Of a DNA stretch of 64,000 nucleotides, positions 62,430-64,000 are shown piece by piece. This DNA is from Negativicutes bacterium. Lineage in GTDB: Bacteria; Bacillota; Negativicutes; UBA1444. The position numbers and the translations under genes were made by a program. The stretch is taken from the NCBI GenBank assembly GCA_963665275.2, contig CAXXIN010000007.1, forward strand, positions 672,001 to 736,000, in the 5' to 3' direction. The notes under the pieces were generated by a model that was not told where the DNA came from, did not search any database, and worked only from the letters and a program-made list of their open reading frames with translations. How positions within the stretch are numbered: position 1 is the stretch's first letter; the number at the start of each line of letters is the position of its first letter.

Positions 62430-62816
62430 TTATTTCTTTCCAGTCGTCTTTCCACGCTTGGCGCCGTACTTCGAGCGCGACTGGTTGCGCTTCGCAACAC
62501 CGGCCGTGTCAAGAGCACCACGAATAATATGATAGCGGACACCAGGAAGATCCTTAACGCGGCCGCCCCTGATCAGGACCACGGAGTGTTCCTGAAGATT
62601 GTGACCGATACCCGGGATATACGATGTAACCTCGATACCATTGGTCAAACGGACACGTGCTACTTTGCGCAGCGCTGAGTTCGGTTTTTTCGGGGTTGTC
62701 GTGTAAACCCTCGTGCAAACACCACGCTTTTGCGGGCATTCTTTTAATGCTGGCGCAGTGGATTTTTTCTCCAACGCTTCTCGACCTTGACGTACTAACT
62801 GGTTAATTGTCGGCAT
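62430..62816 (-). CDS. rpsL: 30S ribosomal protein S12
   Basis: MPTINQLVR...[10 protein letters not shown]...[10 protein letters not shown]. Confidence 0.99.
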   Translation of the reverse strand: MPTINQLVRQGREALEKKSTAPALKECPQKRGVCTRVYTTTPKKPNSALRKVARVRLTNGIEVTSYIPGIGHNLQEHSVVLIRGGRVKDLPGVRYHIIRGALDTAGVAKRNQSRSKYGAKRGKTTGKK

Positions 62817-62870
62817 TTCCACACCTCCTCTTAGATAATTTCCTCAAGATTGCATTGCTGCAAACTATAG

Positions 62871-63122
62871 CTATTTCAAGATTGTGATCGCGGCCGCGCC
62901 GACATCAATTCCACAAGCTGTCCCAAGTTCTTCCATGGAGCAGCCATTAACAACCGGCACATTTTGAGCCTCGCATGCTTGTTGGAGTGGCAAAACCATT
63001 CGAATATCCGCATCATCTGCTAGATAAACCTTCACTGCCAGATCTTTTTCAACCGCTTTTATGCTTTGTTTGATGCCGATCACTTTGGATACTTTCTTGA
63101 AATTCAGAGTTTCAGCGGCCAT
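62871..63122 (-). CDS. L7Ae/YbxF-like RNA-binding protein
   Basis: IGIKQSIKA...VYLADDAD...SMEELGTACGIDVGAA; conserved position before rpsL. Confidence 0.9.
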   Translation of the reverse strand: MAAETLNFKKVSKVIGIKQSIKAVEKDLAVKVYLADDADIRMVLPLQQACEAQNVPVVNGCSMEELGTACGIDVGAAAITILK

Positions 63123-63151
63123 TAGCCACACACCTCCACAGGCGCTTTATT

Positions 63152-63181
63152 ATTCTATCACTCACTTAGCCATCGTGTCAA
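63152..63181 (-). promoter_or_regulatory. Sigma-A promoter of the str operon
   Basis: TTGACA-N18-TAGAAT with extended -10 TG. Confidence 0.75.
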
Positions 63182-63237
63182 CGGATATAACAACTGAATT
63201 TTCAATGCCCACGGTCCCACGAGTATCATTGCCTGAT

Positions 63238-63279
63238 AGTAAAGGAGAAACCGCCTTTATCGGCGGTTTCTCCTTTACT
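63238..63279 (-). terminator. Terminator after rpoC
   Basis: Perfect 18-bp stem AGTAAAGGAGAAACCGCC / GGCGGTTTCTCCTTTACT. Confidence 0.8.
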
Positions 63280-63280
63280 C

Positions 63281-64000
63281 TTAATGCGTCTCTGTAGACG
63301 GAGTGGAGACCTTTGCCTTTTTGAGAATAATGTTGCGGTACCTTGCCATGCCTGTTCCTGCAGGGATAAGCTTCCCGATAATTACATTTTCCTTGAGTCC
63401 GAGCAGCGGATCAACTTTCCCTTTAATCGCAGCATCTGTGAGAACCCTGGTCGTTTCCTGGAAAGAAGCTGCTGAAAGGAATGAATCAGTGGCCAGTGAA
63501 GCCTTGGTTATCCCCAGCAGTATCGGACGGGCCACAGCCGGTTCGCCTTCTTGTTCCAACGCCTTGAGATTCTCTGCCTCAAATGAATTGATATCAATAT
63601 ATTCACCAGGCAGAAACTCGGTGTCACCAGGTTCCTCAACTTTCACTTTGTGGAGCATTTGGCGAACCATGACTTCAATATGCTTATCGTTGATTTCAAC
63701 GCCCTGTTCCTTGTAGACCTTTTGAACTTCACTCACAATGTAGCGGTGAGTGTCCCTCAGGCCCCTAATTCTCAGGATATCATGCGGATTGAGAGGGCCA
63801 TCCGTGAGCCGGTCTCCCGGTTCGAGAATTTGCCCGTCGCGCACCAAGGTTCGCGATCCATAAGGAATCGGGTAGATCCGTTCTTCGCCGGAGCCTGCTG
63901 TTACGACAGCACGACGAGCGCCCTTCGTTTCACGCAGCTCGACACGGCCGTCGATTTCAGTAAGAACCGCAGGGTGTTTGGGTTTGCGAGCTTCAAACAA
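63281..64000 (-). CDS. rpoC: RNA polymerase beta' subunit, 3' part
   Basis: FEARKP...INDKHIE...[12 protein letters not shown]...[17 protein letters not shown]. Confidence 0.99.
   Translation of the reverse strand: MFEARKPKHPAVLTEIDGRVELRETKGARRAVVTAGSGEERIYPIPYGSRTLVRDGQILEPGDRLTDGPLNPHDILRIRGLRDTHRYIVSEVQKVYKEQGVEINDKHIEVMVRQMLHKVKVEEPGDTEFLPGEYIDINSFEAENLKALEQEGEPAVARPILLGITKASLATDSFLSAASFQETTRVLTDAAIKGKVDPLLGLKENVIIGKLIPAGTGMARYRNIILKKAKVSTPSTETH

Overview
A 64-kb chromosomal segment from a motile Firmicute. My inference is Negativicutes (Sporomusa-like) or a close clostridial relative, based on rpsD inside the alpha operon, a glmS ribozyme, cdaA-cdaR-glmM and the EF-Tu Cys-rich insert. 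Almost all genes are on the - strand. The right ~25 kb is core translation/transcription machinery (3' rpoC, L7Ae-like gene, str, S10, spc and alpha operons, ecfA1A2T-truA, rplM-rpsI). The middle holds a transglycosylase, an AmmeMemoRadiSam B/A pair without its radical SAM partner, and an arginine operon whose argC is a multiply-lesioned remnant and whose argH has a 1-nt frameshift. It also holds an MFS + LarA-family pair, ilvE, cdaA-cdaR-(FAD oxidoreductase)-glmM-glmS with the glmS ribozyme, and an hsp20-dnaK-dnaJ-clpB cluster that lacks grpE/hrcA and has a diderm-type DnaK insert. A DUF2156-yajQ-HD-hyi operon follows. The left ~7.4 kb is the most unusual part: the 3' end of a Thr/Ser-rich flagellin, then an AT-rich island of three TPR-bearing GT2 glycosyltransferases (one fused to a radical SAM-SPASM/twitch enzyme, one to a SAM methyltransferase), then a four-EF-hand protein with a flagellar-export-like N-terminus. 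No rRNA, tRNA, CRISPR array or transposase was recognised. All calls come from reading the sequence; no database search was run.
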